Shown: positions 10,395-22,374 of the stretch, piece by piece
Position numbering within the stretch: position 1 is the first letter of the stretch
How the letters are laid out: each line of letters starts with the position of its first letter
Source of the DNA: Anaeramoeba ignava BMAN
Lineage: Eukaryota; Protista; Anaeramoebae
Length of the DNA: 64,000 bases
Assembly (NCBI GenBank): GCA_028826165.1
Contig: JAPDFW010000060.1
Span: 62,001-126,000 of the forward strand
Direction: 5' to 3'
Notes under the pieces: generated by a model
The model's database searches: none
Told to the model about the DNA's origin: nothing
The model's input: the letters and a program-made list of their open reading frames with translations, nothing else
Position numbers and translations under genes: made by a program

Positions 10395-13236
10395 ATGATT
10401 TCAAAATTAATAAAAGAAAAAGATCTTTTTAGTTGGTTTTCAAAAATAGTTAAAAAAAATGTAAATGAAGAAATAGAAGATAAAAAGTTTGAAAATTACT
10501 TAAAAATAGTTTTACAAAAAATTATTATAGAAAAAGAAGTTTTAGAGTAAAAAAAAAATTTTTTTTTTCTTTTTAATATTTTTGCTTTTGATATTTTTTT
10601 TTTCGACATTTTTGTTTTTGCTTTTTGAAAAAAAAAAAATAGAAAATCGGAAAATCCTTTTATTTTCTTTAAAACAATTTGTAAAGAAAAAGGAATTCCT
10701 AAAAATTTTTTTGATTTGGAAAAAAAGGAAGAGATTTTGTTAATTTTACAAGAATTATGTGAAGAATCTAAGTATCAAAAAAGATTATGTAAACCATTTT
10801 CATTAGCAGTTGATTTTATTAATCCAGATTTAGAAATAATTAGTGCAGGAACTATATTACTTAGAGACAATAAAATTGTTATTGATACACATTTGGAAAT
10901 ATTTACTTTTGATTTAAAACAAAAACATACAATCAAATTTCATAATCAAAATCCTTCAATAATCAAAATCTCTTTTCAAAAGGATTGCTTTAATATTCTT
11001 TTCGAAAGTAAAAAAGAAAAATCAAAATTCTTAAATGAATTGGAAAATAGAATCAAAATTGAAGAGAAGCAACTGAAACAACAAGCACACTTCAAAAAAA
11101 TTGTTGAATGTTGTCAAAAAGAATCAAAGAAAAAAAAGAAGAACAAAATCAAAAAAATGAAAAAGAGAAAAAAAGCAACAAATAAATCAAATGGATGGCT
11201 TTGTGGTTTGCATTCCTTGAACAAAGAGGAAAAACTGGAAAAGAAAAAATTCGAAGTTAGCTTCCAAGTGAAAATTTTGGATGACAATTTTCGTCCAATT
11301 CAAGATGCTCGACTTGCTTTTTAAAAAGAAGGAATTTAATGTGATCACAAAATCCAGAATTTTTCGAACAAGATATAATGAAAAATTTAATATTTATTTT
11401 GAGATGGATTCACAAATATTATCCAGAGTAAATTTCCAAGATCGATCCTTTTTGGCAAAATTCTCATCAAAGAAAGAAGCTCATCATTTTGCTTCAATGT
11501 ATTCAGATTTGACAGAGAAGGCAAAATCAAGAAGAAAAAAAAGACAAGGAAGTCAATCAATAACATCAACATTTTCCAATAAAACAAGCGAAGATTCTCC
11601 ACAAAATGAGAATGAAAATGAAAATGAAAATGAAAATGAAAATGAAAATGAAAATGAAAATGAAAATTATAATGAGAACGAGAATGAAAATGAAAATGAT
11701 AATGAGAATGAAAATGAAAATGAAAATATAAATGAAAATGAAATTGAAATTGATAATGAAATGGAAAGTGAAACTGAAGATGAATTGGAAGTAAATCAAG
11801 TGAATAAAATTGAAATGAGTAATATTTATTCTGTTCTTGTTTCCAACGATTCTTTAAAATATTTTGGTGATGCTATTCTTGAAATTGAGAATGATGATGT
11901 AAAATTGGAAATCTCAAGTATTAATTATTCAAATTGTGGATTAAAATCGGAAATGAAATTTTTTTGTCAAAGAAATGATACAAAATTTTGTAAATTAAGA
12001 TTTCCTAATTCATATCAATTCATTGTTTCATTTCAATCTAATCAAAAATTATTAAAATTCAAGGCTCAATTAGATGAAAGAATAGATTTACCGAATCAAT
12101 TAAATAATGCAAATCAACTAAATAATTCAAATCAATTAAATAATACAAATCAAATGAATAATTGGAATCAATTAAATAATTCAAATCAATTAAATAATAC
12201 AAATCATTTAAATAATGCAAATCAATTAAATAATTCAAATCAACTAAATAATTCAAATCAATTAAATAATCCAAATCAATTAAATAATTCAAATCAATTA
12301 AATAATTCAAATCAATTAAATAATACAAATCAAATGAATAATTGGAATCAATTAAATAATTCAAATCAATTAAATAATGAAAATTATTCACAATCTTTAA
12401 TTCGTTCAAATTCATTGAATCAACAAAATTATACAAATTTTGGAAAATCATTAAGTCGTTCCTATACAACAAATAATTCAAATCAATTAAATAACGCAAA
12501 TCAATTAAATAACGCAAATCAATTAAATAATTGGAATCAATTAAATAATTCAAATCAATTAAATAATTCAAATCATTTAAATTCAAATCATTTAAATTCA
12601 AATCAAATGAATAATTCAAATCATTTAAATTCAAATCATTTAAATAATTCAAATGAAATAAAACCAATTCCTTTGGAGATTCTCTCAAATGATTTTCAAA
12701 AAGTAATAGATAAAGGTTCAATGTTTTCAAATGAAAAATATATCAGATTAGTAATGAAAGGATATGAATATGTTATCAATAATCATGGACCAAAAATGGA
12801 AATAATAGAAGTTAATCAACACCCTAATACTTTTCAAATGGAAAGAGAAGATCTCAATGCGCCAATAATAATTCATTTCGGATATGCTCAAGATTCAAAA
12901 ATTTTCAAATCACATCTCAAATTCTTTCATATTTCAGTAAAAAAAGAACCGGATGGAATACAATTTAGTCTTTCTATTGTTAACAATAATTTCCAACGTA
13001 TTTCAAGTGCAATTATGATTTTTTTTGAGAAAAGTTGTGTTTTCAAAGATTTCCAAAATTTAAAAGAATACAAAATTACAGATCCAAAAAATTTACATTT
13101 TCAATATCATCCAAAATTTCAAAACATTTTAAAACTAAAAATTTATAAGAAAATTTTTGTGGTTGCTTTTACTGAAGAAAAAGAAAAATCCAATTTTATT
13201 TCTTCTTATCAAGAGTTTCAAAATTCAAATCAATAA
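10395..13236 (+). CDS. Degenerate calponin-homology-like N-terminus plus ~5 PH-fold-like repeats, with EN and NNxNQL low-complexity tracts; one intron (~10548-10642) and a +1 frameshift at 11318-11324
   Basis: KEKDLFSWFSKIV...ENPFIFFKTICKEKGIP..FDLE is CH-like. Five ~85-aa beta-rich repeats each end in an F-x-S-x-x-E/D...F helix. Repeat 2 straddles ORFs 10716-11324 and 11281-13236. Confidence 0.6.
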
Positions 13237-13299
13237 ATAAAATAAAAAAATTGGAATATTTCGAGAAAATCCAAAAATCATTTTTTTTCTGTTTTAAAA

Positions 13300-14381
13300 A
13301 TGAATCATAAAAAATGTTCAGTGTAAAATTTTGAATTTTATTTTCAAAAAAAAATAATTCATTTCATAATTTAAAATCAATTAAAAAAAATAGATGTAGA
13401 AAAAATATTGCGAAATATACATGTCCCAAATGTTCAGTTGAATATTGTTCTACAGAATGTTATAAAAAACATAGTTTAATTTGCACTGAATCTTTTTATA
13501 AAGAATCAATAGAAAATGATTTAAGAAAATCAAAAGTGAATGAAGAAAGTCAAAAAAAAGCATTAGAATCTCTCCAAAAACATTCATTTGATTTAATTGA
13601 GAATATTGAAGATCCAAATCCAAATGAAGGAGAAGAAATTTCTGAAGAAGAAATGAAAGCACTTAAAAAATTAGTGAATAAAGAAGATCTTTCGATTGAT
13701 GATCTCACAAAATCACAAAAAGAAGCATTTTTTAATGCCTTGAAGTTGGGGAAACTGAATGATATTGAGATTTATGAGCCATGGTGGAGTGATTCAAGCG
13801 TGAAGAAGAATGATTATTTGATTGAAGAAATCAAAGGAGAAAAAAAGGAAGAAAATCCAAAAAAATATGATAAAATTGTTCCTCTTTCAAATTTAATTAA
13901 GAAAGAACCGTCACCCAAATTAAAATACAATTTGGTTGATATTTTATATTGTTATGCTTATATCATGAGAATGTATAACGGAGAAATAAATGATTCAAAT
14001 AAAGACGAAGTTTTTGCATCAATTAGTTCAATTTCTGGTGTTTTAGGTTCTGATCAAGTTTATTCAAATTTTGATGAATGTTTGGATTCTTGTTTAAAAA
14101 ACACTCAACAATCTTCATTAATATTTGTTTCTGATGAATATTCGTTGATGATTTTTAAAGATGTCGTTTCCATTCTTAAAATGGGAAAGAATTATGTTTT
14201 GAGAGCAATTCAAGAGTTGAAATGGTTTATTTCTCTTATTGGATCCAAAAAATCTCAAAGAACTTCAATGAAATTAAAATTTTTTCTTTCTTGGATTAAT
14301 GAACAAAACAGTTTGGAATTTTTTGAACAAATTTATCAATCTATAGAATTAATTTTGAATACGATAGATTTGAAGATTTAA
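13300..14381 (+). CDS. ZNHIT2: Zinc finger HIT domain protein 2-like; exons 13300-13322, 13394-14381
   Basis: Spliced N-terminus CSVC...KYTCPKCSVEYCSTECYKKH..CTESFY, plus EPWW, YAYIMRMYNG and KLKFFLSW motifs. Confidence 0.85.
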
Positions 14382-14487
14382 ATAAAAAAAAGAAGAATGA
14401 AAAAAAATTCATTTTTTTCCTTTTTCTAATTTTGAAATAATAATAATAATAATAATAATAATCTAAATCAATAAATATAAAGAATAA

Positions 14488-15186
14488 ATGAGTGTTTCTT
14501 TTTTACTAGAAAAATTATGTGATCGAATTCTTCCAGAATCTCAAAAAATGAGACAATATCACAATAAATTTATTGGGAAAAAAAAGCAAATCTTTGATAT
14601 TTTACTAAGTGATTCCGAAAATGATTTAGAAAAAGAATTTCCAGACTTTTTCTCTGATGAAATGGAAAGAGAAGAAATCAATCAAATTCAAATAATGTCG
14701 AGGTTGTTTTCTTTAGAATCTCAAGGAAAACAAATAATAGCAAATAGAATCCAAGGATTGCTTCAATTACTCAATTCAAAAAAGTTTGTTTCTGTTGATA
14801 TTTCTGCAACTCAAAGGAATTTTGTTGTTGATTTTGATTATAAAAATGAAATCATTTCTCTTTTTATTCATTTATCAGATTTTTCAAAACAATTTCAATT
14901 TTTTGAAGAATCTTTAATCAATTCAAAAAAATTTGGTTCAAAATCAAATTTGGAATTAAATTCTCAATTCCAAAAAGTGACTGAAACTAGATCTTTTATT
15001 TTTCCTGATAAAATTTATATTGAACCAAAAGTTCCTGAATTTTTCCATTTTGAAAAAAATTTATCATTTGAAAAAACAGAAACAAAAACAGAAACAAAAA
15101 CAGAAACAAAAACAGAAACAAAATCAAAATCAAAATCAAAATCAAAGCAAATTTCCAAATTTATTTTACCAGATTTTGATGTATAA
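14488..15186 (+). CDS. Protein resembling only the N-terminal helical domain of gamma-tubulin complex component 6 (GCP6); no GRIP domains
   Basis: SVSFLLEKLCDRILP...KKKQIFDILL...IMSRLFSLESQGKQIIANRIQGLLQLL...IISLFIHLS recalls the GCP6 N-terminus. Confidence 0.5.
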   Translation: MSVSFLLEKLCDRILPESQKMRQYHNKFIGKKKQIFDILLSDSENDLEKEFPDFFSDEMEREEINQIQIMSRLFSLESQGKQIIANRIQGLLQLLNSKKFVSVDISATQRNFVVDFDYKNEIISLFIHLSDFSKQFQFFEESLINSKKFGSKSNLELNSQFQKVTETRSFIFPDKIYIEPKVPEFFHFEKNLSFEKTETKTETKTETKTETKSKSKSKSKQISKFILPDFDV

Positions 15187-15248
15187 AATCATTAAAATTA
15201 AAATTAAAATTCAAAATTCATTTTTTTCATTTTTTTTCTTTTTTAAAA

Positions 15249-17057
15249 ATGAATGATTGTTTATTTTTTGGTATAAATCAATCACCAAAACTTTTCAAAA
15301 ATGAACCAGATGAAATAACAAAACCAATTCAATTTAAATTTAAAAATGAAAATGAAAATGAAAATGAAAATGAAAATGAAAATGAAAATGAAAATGAAAA
15401 TGAAAATGAAAAACAAATTAAACAAATTTCATCATCAAATTTTTCAGCTTTTTTCCTTTTTCAAAATGGAAAATTAATAAAATATTTAGATGAAAACGAT
15501 TCAAATCAAAATCCTAAAAAAATCCAAATTGAAAATATTCAAAAAGTAACTGTTGGCGAAGAAAATGAAGCTATTTTAACAAAAGAAGGAAATGTATTTG
15601 TCAAAGGAAATGATATTAATACAAATAATCCAAATGAATTTATCAATATTTCATCATTAATTGAAGATAAAAATGATAGAATAATTCAAGATATTGTTTC
15701 TGGATACACTTCAATTTACTTATTAACTTCAAATCAAAATGTTTATGGAATTGGTTCAAATTATTATGGTCAATTTGGTTTTGATTCTAAAACACTTAAA
15801 GAAACAGAAAAACCAATTTTAATGATGAAAAATGTTTCTAAAATATTTTCAGGAAATTCTTCATATTCTGTTTTTCTTTTAAATTCAAATCAAGAATTAT
15901 TTGGATGCGGTGATAACGAATATGGCCAACTTGGATTAGGAGAATTAAGAAAAGATGAAAGAGAAATCAATAAATTAATCAAAATACAAAATATTCCAAA
16001 AGGTAAAATAATTGATATTCAATGTGGATATTATCATTCAATAATGTTGATTGAAAATCAAAATCAAAATCCAAAAAGAAAACTTTATTCATGTGGAAGT
16101 TATGAATACAATGGACTTGACAAAGATGAAAATACTTATGAATTTAATGAAATTAAATCATCTTTATTTGAAAATGATGATGATATTCTTGATTTTTCTG
16201 TTGGATTTAACCATAATTTGATTTTAACTTCCAATTCAAAATTAATTGGATTTGGAGAAAATTCATATGGTCAATTAGGAACTGGAGATACAATAAACCA
16301 ATCAATTCCAATTCAAATTGAACTTCCTAAATTAAGATTTAATGAAAATATTTCTAATTATCATCTTCATTGTAGTATTAATCAATCATTTCTTTATTAT
16401 TCTCCTTCTCCTTTTTCCAATCTTGAAGAAGATTTGATAAAATTATTTGAAAGAAAAGAATTTTGTAATATTTCATTTAAAACAGAAAATGGAGAAATAA
16501 TTGAAGCTCATAAATTAATATTGAAATATAGATTAAATCAAAATGAAAATCAAAATGAAAAACTTCAAAAAATTATTTCAAAAAAATCAATTAAAGAATC
16601 AAATCAAATATTTGAAATGATTTATTCAAATAATTCCAAAATAAATCCAAAATTATATTCTGAAATTAAAGAAATTATAAATTCAAATGAAAAAATTGAA
16701 GAAACAATGAAAAGGATTTATTTAAATGAAAATGAAAAAGATTTTATAATTGAAAGAAAAGAAAAACAATATAAATTTCCAAAATTAATATTAATAATGA
16801 GAAGTGAATTATATCGAGGAATGTTTTTATCTGTAACAAATGATACTTCTAATAAAGTTACAGATTATAGTGAACTAAGTAATAAATCATTTCAATTATT
16901 TGAATATTGGATTTATTCAAATCAAATTAAAGATGAAATTCAAATTACACAAGAAATAATTGAAGAATTAGAAAGAGGAATTGATTATTTTCAATTAAAT
17001 CAAACAAATCCAAATTTATTTGATTTATTAATTAAAAAATTTAATAATCAAAATTAA
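15249..17057 (+). CDS. RCC1-repeat plus tandem BTB/POZ protein, copy 1
   Basis: RCC1 motifs (GxNxYGQLG, CGYYHS). BTB motifs (FCNISF...AHKLILKYR; KLILIMRSELYRGMF). Intronless. Confidence 0.9.
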   Translation: MNDCLFFGINQSPKLFKNEPDEITKPIQFKFKNENENENENENENENENENENEKQIKQISSSNFSAFFLFQNGKLIKYLDENDSNQNPKKIQIENIQKVTVGEENEAILTKEGNVFVKGNDINTNNPNEFINISSLIEDKNDRIIQDIVSGYTSIYLLTSNQNVYGIGSNYYGQFGFDSKTLKETEKPILMMKNVSKIFSGNSSYSVFLLNSNQELFGCGDNEYGQLGLGELRKDEREINKLIKIQNIPKGKIIDIQCGYYHSIMLIENQNQNPKRKLYSCGSYEYNGLDKDENTYEFNEIKSSLFENDDDILDFSVGFNHNLILTSNSKLIGFGENSYGQLGTGDTINQSIPIQIELPKLRFNENISNYHLHCSINQSFLYYSPSPFSNLEEDLIKLFERKEFCNISFKTENGEIIEAHKLILKYRLNQNENQNEKLQKIISKKSIKESNQIFEMIYSNNSKINPKLYSEIKEIINSNEKIEETMKRIYLNENEKDFIIERKEKQYKFPKLILIMRSELYRGMFLSVTNDTSNKVTDYSELSNKSFQLFEYWIYSNQIKDEIQITQEIIEELERGIDYFQLNQTNPNLFDLLIKKFNNQN

Positions 17058-17233
17058 AATTAAAATTAAAATCAATAATTAAAATTAAAATTAAAATTAA
17101 AATTAAAATTAAAATTAAAAATTAAAATCAATAATTAAAATTCAAAATTAAAATTAAAATTAAAATTAAAATCAAAATTAAAAATAAAATCAAAATCATT
17201 TTTTTCATTTTTTTCATTTTTTTCTTTTCAAAA

Positions 17234-19070
17234 ATGAATGAAATTTTATTTTTTGGTACAAATCAATCACCAATTCTTTTCAAAAATAAATCAGAAAAAA
17301 TAATAAAACCAATTCAATTTAAATTTAAATTTGAAAATGGAAATGAAAATGAAAATGAAAATGAAAATGAAAATGAAAATGGAAATGAAAATGAAAATGA
17401 AAATGAAAATGAAAATGAAAAACAAATTAAACAAATTTTATCATCAAATTTTTCAGCTTTTTTCCTTTTTAAAAATGGAAAATTAATAGAATATTCAGAT
17501 GAAAATGATTCAAAACAAAATCCTTCAAAAATCCAAATTGAAAATATTCAAAAAGTATCTGTTGGTTTTCAAAATGAAGCTATTTTAACAAAAGAAGGAA
17601 ATGTATTTGCCAAAGGAAACGATATTAATCCAAATAATTCAAAAGAATTTATCAATATTTCATCATTAATTGAAGATACAAATGATAGAGTAGTTCAAGA
17701 TATTGTTTCTGGAGATGCTTCAATTTATTTATTAACTTCGAATCAAAATGCTTATGGAATTGGTTTAAATGAATATGGTCAACTTGGTTTTGATTCTAAA
17801 ACACTTAAAATAACAGAAAAACCTATTTTAATGATGAAAAATGTTTCTAAAATATTTTCAGGAAATATTTCAAATCATATTTTTCTTTTAAATTCAAATC
17901 AAGAATTATTTGGATGCGGTGATAACGAATATGGCCAACTTGGATTAGGAGAATTAAGAAAAGATGAAAGAGAAATCAATAAATTAATCAAAATACAAAA
18001 TATTCCAAAAGGTAAAATAATTGATATTCAATGTGGATATTATCATTCAATAATGTTGATTGAAGATCAAAATCAAAATCCAAAAAGAAAACTTTATTCA
18101 TGTGGAGATTATCGATACAATGGACTTGACAAAGATGAAAATACTTATGAATTTACTGAAATTAAATCATCTTTATTTGAAAATGATGATATTATTCTTG
18201 AATTTTCTGTTGGATTTAACCATAATTTGATTTTAACTTCCAATTCAAAATTAATTGGATTTGGAGAAAATTCTTATGGTCAATTAGGAACTGGAGATAC
18301 AATAAACCAATCAATTCCAATTCAAATTGAACTTCCTAAATTAAGATTTAATGAAGATATTTCCAATTATCATCTTTATTGTGGTATTAGTCATTCATTT
18401 CTTTATTATTCTCCTTCTCCTTTTTCTAATCTTGAAGAAGATTTGATAAAATTATTTAGAAGAAAAGAATTTTGTGATATTTCATTTAAAACCAAAAATG
18501 GAGAAATAATTGAAGCTCATAAATTAATATTGAAATATAGATTAAATCAAAATCAAAATCAAAATGAAATTGAAAAACTTAAAGAAATTATTTCAAAAAA
18601 ATCAATTAAAGAATCAAATCAAATATTTGAAATGATTTATTCAAAAACAAAAAACAAATCCAAAATTATATTTTGAAATTAAAGAAATTATAAATTCCAA
18701 TGAAAAAATTGAAGAAACAATGAAAAGAATTTATTTAAATGAAAATGAAAAAAATTTTATAATTGAAAGAAAAGAAAAACAATATAAATTTCCTAAATTA
18801 ATATTAATAATGAGAAGTGAATTATATCGAGGAATGTTTTTATCTGTAACAGAAGATAAATCAAATAAAGTTACAGATTATAGTGAATTAAGTAATAAAT
18901 CATTTCAAATATTTGAATATTGGATTTATTCAAATCAAATTAAAGATGGAATTCAAATTACACAAGAAATTATTGATGAGTTAGAAAGAGGAATTGATTA
19001 TTTTCAATTAAATCAAGCAAATCCAAATTTATTTGATTTATTAATTAAGAAATTTAATAATCAAAATTAA
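17234..19070 (+). CDS. RCC1-BTB protein, copy 2; +1 frameshift in A-runs 18643-18654 (sequencing error or pseudogene)
   Basis: ORFs 17234-18676 and 18720-19070 together align with the full-length paralogues. NPKLY continues in the shifted frame. Confidence 0.85.
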
Positions 19071-19255
19071 AATTAAAATCAAAATTAAAATTAAAATTAA
19101 AATTAAAATTAAAATTAAAATTAAAATTAAAATTAAAATTAAAATTAAAAAAATTAAAATTAAAATTAAAATTAAAATTAAAATTAAAATTAAAATTAAA
19201 ATTAAAATTAAAATTAAAATTAAAATTAAAATTAAAATTAAAATTAAAATTTAAA
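19070..19255. repeat. (AAAATT)n microsatellite; similar tracts at 8440-8700, 17055-17195, 22375-22725, 26580-26780, 32205-32515, 41700-42005 and 53760-54240
   Basis: Directly visible. Confidence 0.95.
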
Positions 19256-19294
19256 ATTTTTTGATTTTCATTTTTTTTCTTTTTTCAAAAAAAA

Positions 19295-20428
19295 ATGTAT
19301 GAGGAATATCAAGCAATAGTAATTGATAACGGAACAGGAACAATCAAGGCAGGACTTGCAGGAGATGATGAACCAAAATTCGTTTTTCCATCAATAGTGG
19401 GAAAACCAAAATATCGAGAAAATCACACAAAAAAAGAAATAAAAAAATTATATATTGGAGATGAAGCTATAGAAAACAAGGGATTTTCAACAATTAGTTA
19501 TCCAATGGAAAAGGGAATAATAAAAAATTGGGAAGAAATGGAAGAAATTTGGGAATATATAATTTATGATGCTTTATCAGTTGTTCCTGAAGATCATCCA
19601 ATTTTATTCAATGAACCACCTTTTAATCCAGAAAGAAATCGGGAAAAAATGGCAGAAATTATGTTTGAAAAATTTAATGTTCCAGCTTTTTATCTTGCAA
19701 TTTCAGGAATTTTATCACTTTATGCATCAGGAAGAACAACAGGAATCACAGTTCAATTAGGAGATTCAATTTGTGATACAATGCCTATTTATGAAGGATA
19801 TGGTTTGACTCATGCAATCAGAAGAAATAATTTAGCTGGAAGAGATTTAACTGATTATTTAATGAAAATTTTAAATGAAAGAAATTATTTTTTTGAAACT
19901 TCTTCAGAAAGAGAAATTGTGAGAGATATTAAAGAAAAAATTTGTTATGTTGCTTATAATTTCGATGAGGAAATGAATAAAGAACAAAAATCAATTGAAT
20001 CAAATTACGAATTACCTGATGGAAATATTTTGACAATTGGAAACGAAAGATTCAGATGTCCTGAAGCCTTGTTTAATCCTTCTTTCATGGGAAGAGAGGA
20101 ATATGGAATTCATGAATTTATTTTTGGTTCAATTATAAAATGTGATAATGATGTTCAAAGAGATTTATTTGGAAATATTGTTTTATCAGGCGGATCTTCT
20201 TTGTTTCCGGGATTTGCTGAGAGAATTGAAGCTGAAATGAGGATGTTAGCTCCTCCAAGTATGAGGATCCAAATTGTTGCTCCTCCTGAAAGAAAATATT
20301 CTGTTTGGATTGGTGGATCTATATTGGGTTCTCTTTCCACTTTCCAGCAAATGTGGGTTATACGAGAAGAATACGAAGAATTTGGTTCTTCGATTGTTCT
20401 CAAGAAATGTTTTGCAAATCAAAATTAA
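19295..20428 (+). CDS. Divergent actin / actin-like protein
   Basis: [46 protein letters not shown] and [16 protein letters not shown]. Colinear with conventional actin. Confidence 0.95.
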   Translation: MYEEYQAIVIDNGTGTIKAGLAGDDEPKFVFPSIVGKPKYRENHTKKEIKKLYIGDEAIENKGFSTISYPMEKGIIKNWEEMEEIWEYIIYDALSVVPEDHPILFNEPPFNPERNREKMAEIMFEKFNVPAFYLAISGILSLYASGRTTGITVQLGDSICDTMPIYEGYGLTHAIRRNNLAGRDLTDYLMKILNERNYFFETSSEREIVRDIKEKICYVAYNFDEEMNKEQKSIESNYELPDGNILTIGNERFRCPEALFNPSFMGREEYGIHEFIFGSIIKCDNDVQRDLFGNIVLSGGSSLFPGFAERIEAEMRMLAPPSMRIQIVAPPERKYSVWIGGSILGSLSTFQQMWVIREEYEEFGSSIVLKKCFANQN

Positions 20429-20517
20429 AATCAAAATTTAAATTTAAATCAAAATCAAAAATCAAAATTAAAATTAAAATCATTTTTTTCATTTTTTTCA
20501 TTTTTTTCTTTTCAAAA

Positions 20518-22374
20518 ATGAATGAAATTATATTTTTTGGTTTCAATCACTTCCCAAAGTTTACAGGAATTTCTAACGAAAAAATAACAAATCCAATTCA
20601 AATTAAACTTGAAAATGAAAAACAAATTAAACAAATTGTAGTTGGTGATTTTTCGATTCTCATTCTTTTCGCAAATGGAAAAGCAATAGAATATTTAAAT
20701 GGAAAAAGCCAAGTTCAAATTGATCAAGAAACTGAAATTGAAAATATTCAAAAAGTAACTGCTGGACAGAGAAATTTAGCTATTTTAACAAAAGAAGGAA
20801 ATGTATTTGCAAAAAGAAGTGCCAACTTGTTTTCTGAACAGACAAAATATTTTGAGGATATTTCATCATTAATTGAAGATACAAATGATAGAATAATTCA
20901 AGATGTTGTTTGTGGAAGAGAAGCTATTTACTTATTAACTTCAAATCAAAATGCTTATGGTTTTGGTCCAAATCAATTTGGTCAACTTGGTTGTGAATTA
21001 CCAAAATCAACAATCAAGATGAAATCAAATGATGATTTTCTTCAGATTTTTTTCCCCGTTTTGAATTCTGATCCAAATCAACAAAAAGTTGGAATTGAAG
21101 ATCAAAATGAAAAAGAAAAACCAATTTTAATGATGAAAAATGTTTCTAAAATATTTTCAGGAATTTCTTCAGATTGTGTTTTTCTTTTAAATTCAAATCA
21201 AGAATTATTTGGATGCGGAAGAAATCACACTGGTCAACTTGGATTAGGAGAATCAAGAATACAAGAAGAAATCAATAAATTAACCAAAATCCAAAATATT
21301 CCAAAAGGTAAAATAATTGATATTCAATGTGGATTTAAGCATTCAGTAATGTTGGTTGAAGATGAAAATGAAGATGAAAATCCAAAAAGAAAACTTTATT
21401 CATGTGGAGATTGGTTATTTCTTGGATTAGATAGAGAAAAAAAAAAAGAATTTACTGAAATCAAATCATCTTTATTTGAAAATGATGATAATATTCTTGA
21501 TTTTTCTGTTGGAAATGAACATACTTTGGTTTTAACTTCCAAAGGGAAACTTATAGGATTTGGGCATAACTATTTTGGTCAATTAGGAACAATTAATAAA
21601 GCTTATGAATTAATTCCATTTCAAATTGAACTTCCTAAATTAAGATTTAATGAAAATATTTCCAATTATCACGTTTCTTGTGGATTTGATAATTCATTTC
21701 TTTATTATTCTCCTCTTTCTTTTTCCAATCTTGAAGAAGATTTGATAAAATTATTTAGAAGAAAAGAATTTTGCAATATTTCATTTAAAACCGAAAATGG
21801 AGAAATAATTGAAGCTCATAAATTAATATTGAAATATAGATTAAATCAAAATCAAAATGAAATTGAAAAACTTAAAGAAATTATTTCAAATAAATCAATT
21901 AAAGAATCAAATCAAATATTTGAAATGATTTATTCAAACAGAATAATAAATCCAATATTATATTATGAAATTAAAGAAATTATAAATTCTAATGAAAAAA
22001 TTGAAGAAACAATGAAAAGAATTTATTTAAATGAAAATGAAAATGAAAATGAAAAAGATTTTATAATTGAAAGAAATGAAAAACAATATAAATTTCCAAA
22101 ATTAATATTAATAATGAGAAGTGAATTATATCGAGGAATGTTTTTATCTGTAACAGATGATACTTCTAATAAAGTTACAGATTATAGTGAATTAAGTAAT
22201 AAATCATTTCAAATATTTGAATATTGGATTTATTCAAATCAAATTAAAGATGAAATTCAAATTACACAAGAAATAATTAATGAAATTCAAACAGGAATTG
22301 ATTATTTTCAATTAAATCAAACAAATCCAAATTTATTTGATTTATTAATTAAGAAATTTAATAATCAAAATTAA
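20518..22374 (+). CDS. RCC1-BTB protein, copy 3 (true start 20518; carries a ~30-aa loop insertion)
   Basis: MNEIIFFG start matches the paralogues and follows TCATTTTT motifs. Confidence 0.9.
   Translation: MNEIIFFGFNHFPKFTGISNEKITNPIQIKLENEKQIKQIVVGDFSILILFANGKAIEYLNGKSQVQIDQETEIENIQKVTAGQRNLAILTKEGNVFAKRSANLFSEQTKYFEDISSLIEDTNDRIIQDVVCGREAIYLLTSNQNAYGFGPNQFGQLGCELPKSTIKMKSNDDFLQIFFPVLNSDPNQQKVGIEDQNEKEKPILMMKNVSKIFSGISSDCVFLLNSNQELFGCGRNHTGQLGLGESRIQEEINKLTKIQNIPKGKIIDIQCGFKHSVMLVEDENEDENPKRKLYSCGDWLFLGLDREKKKEFTEIKSSLFENDDNILDFSVGNEHTLVLTSKGKLIGFGHNYFGQLGTINKAYELIPFQIELPKLRFNENISNYHVSCGFDNSFLYYSPLSFSNLEEDLIKLFRRKEFCNISFKTENGEIIEAHKLILKYRLNQNQNEIEKLKEIISNKSIKESNQIFEMIYSNRIINPILYYEIKEIINSNEKIEETMKRIYLNENENENEKDFIIERNEKQYKFPKLILIMRSELYRGMFLSVTDDTSNKVTDYSELSNKSFQIFEYWIYSNQIKDEIQITQEIINEIQTGIDYFQLNQTNPNLFDLLIKKFNNQN

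Noticed and set aside
20305-20517. N-terminal extension of RCC1-BTB copy 3 overlapping the actin gene
   Set aside because: Chance open frame. Paralogue alignment and the initiator motifs put the start at 20518.
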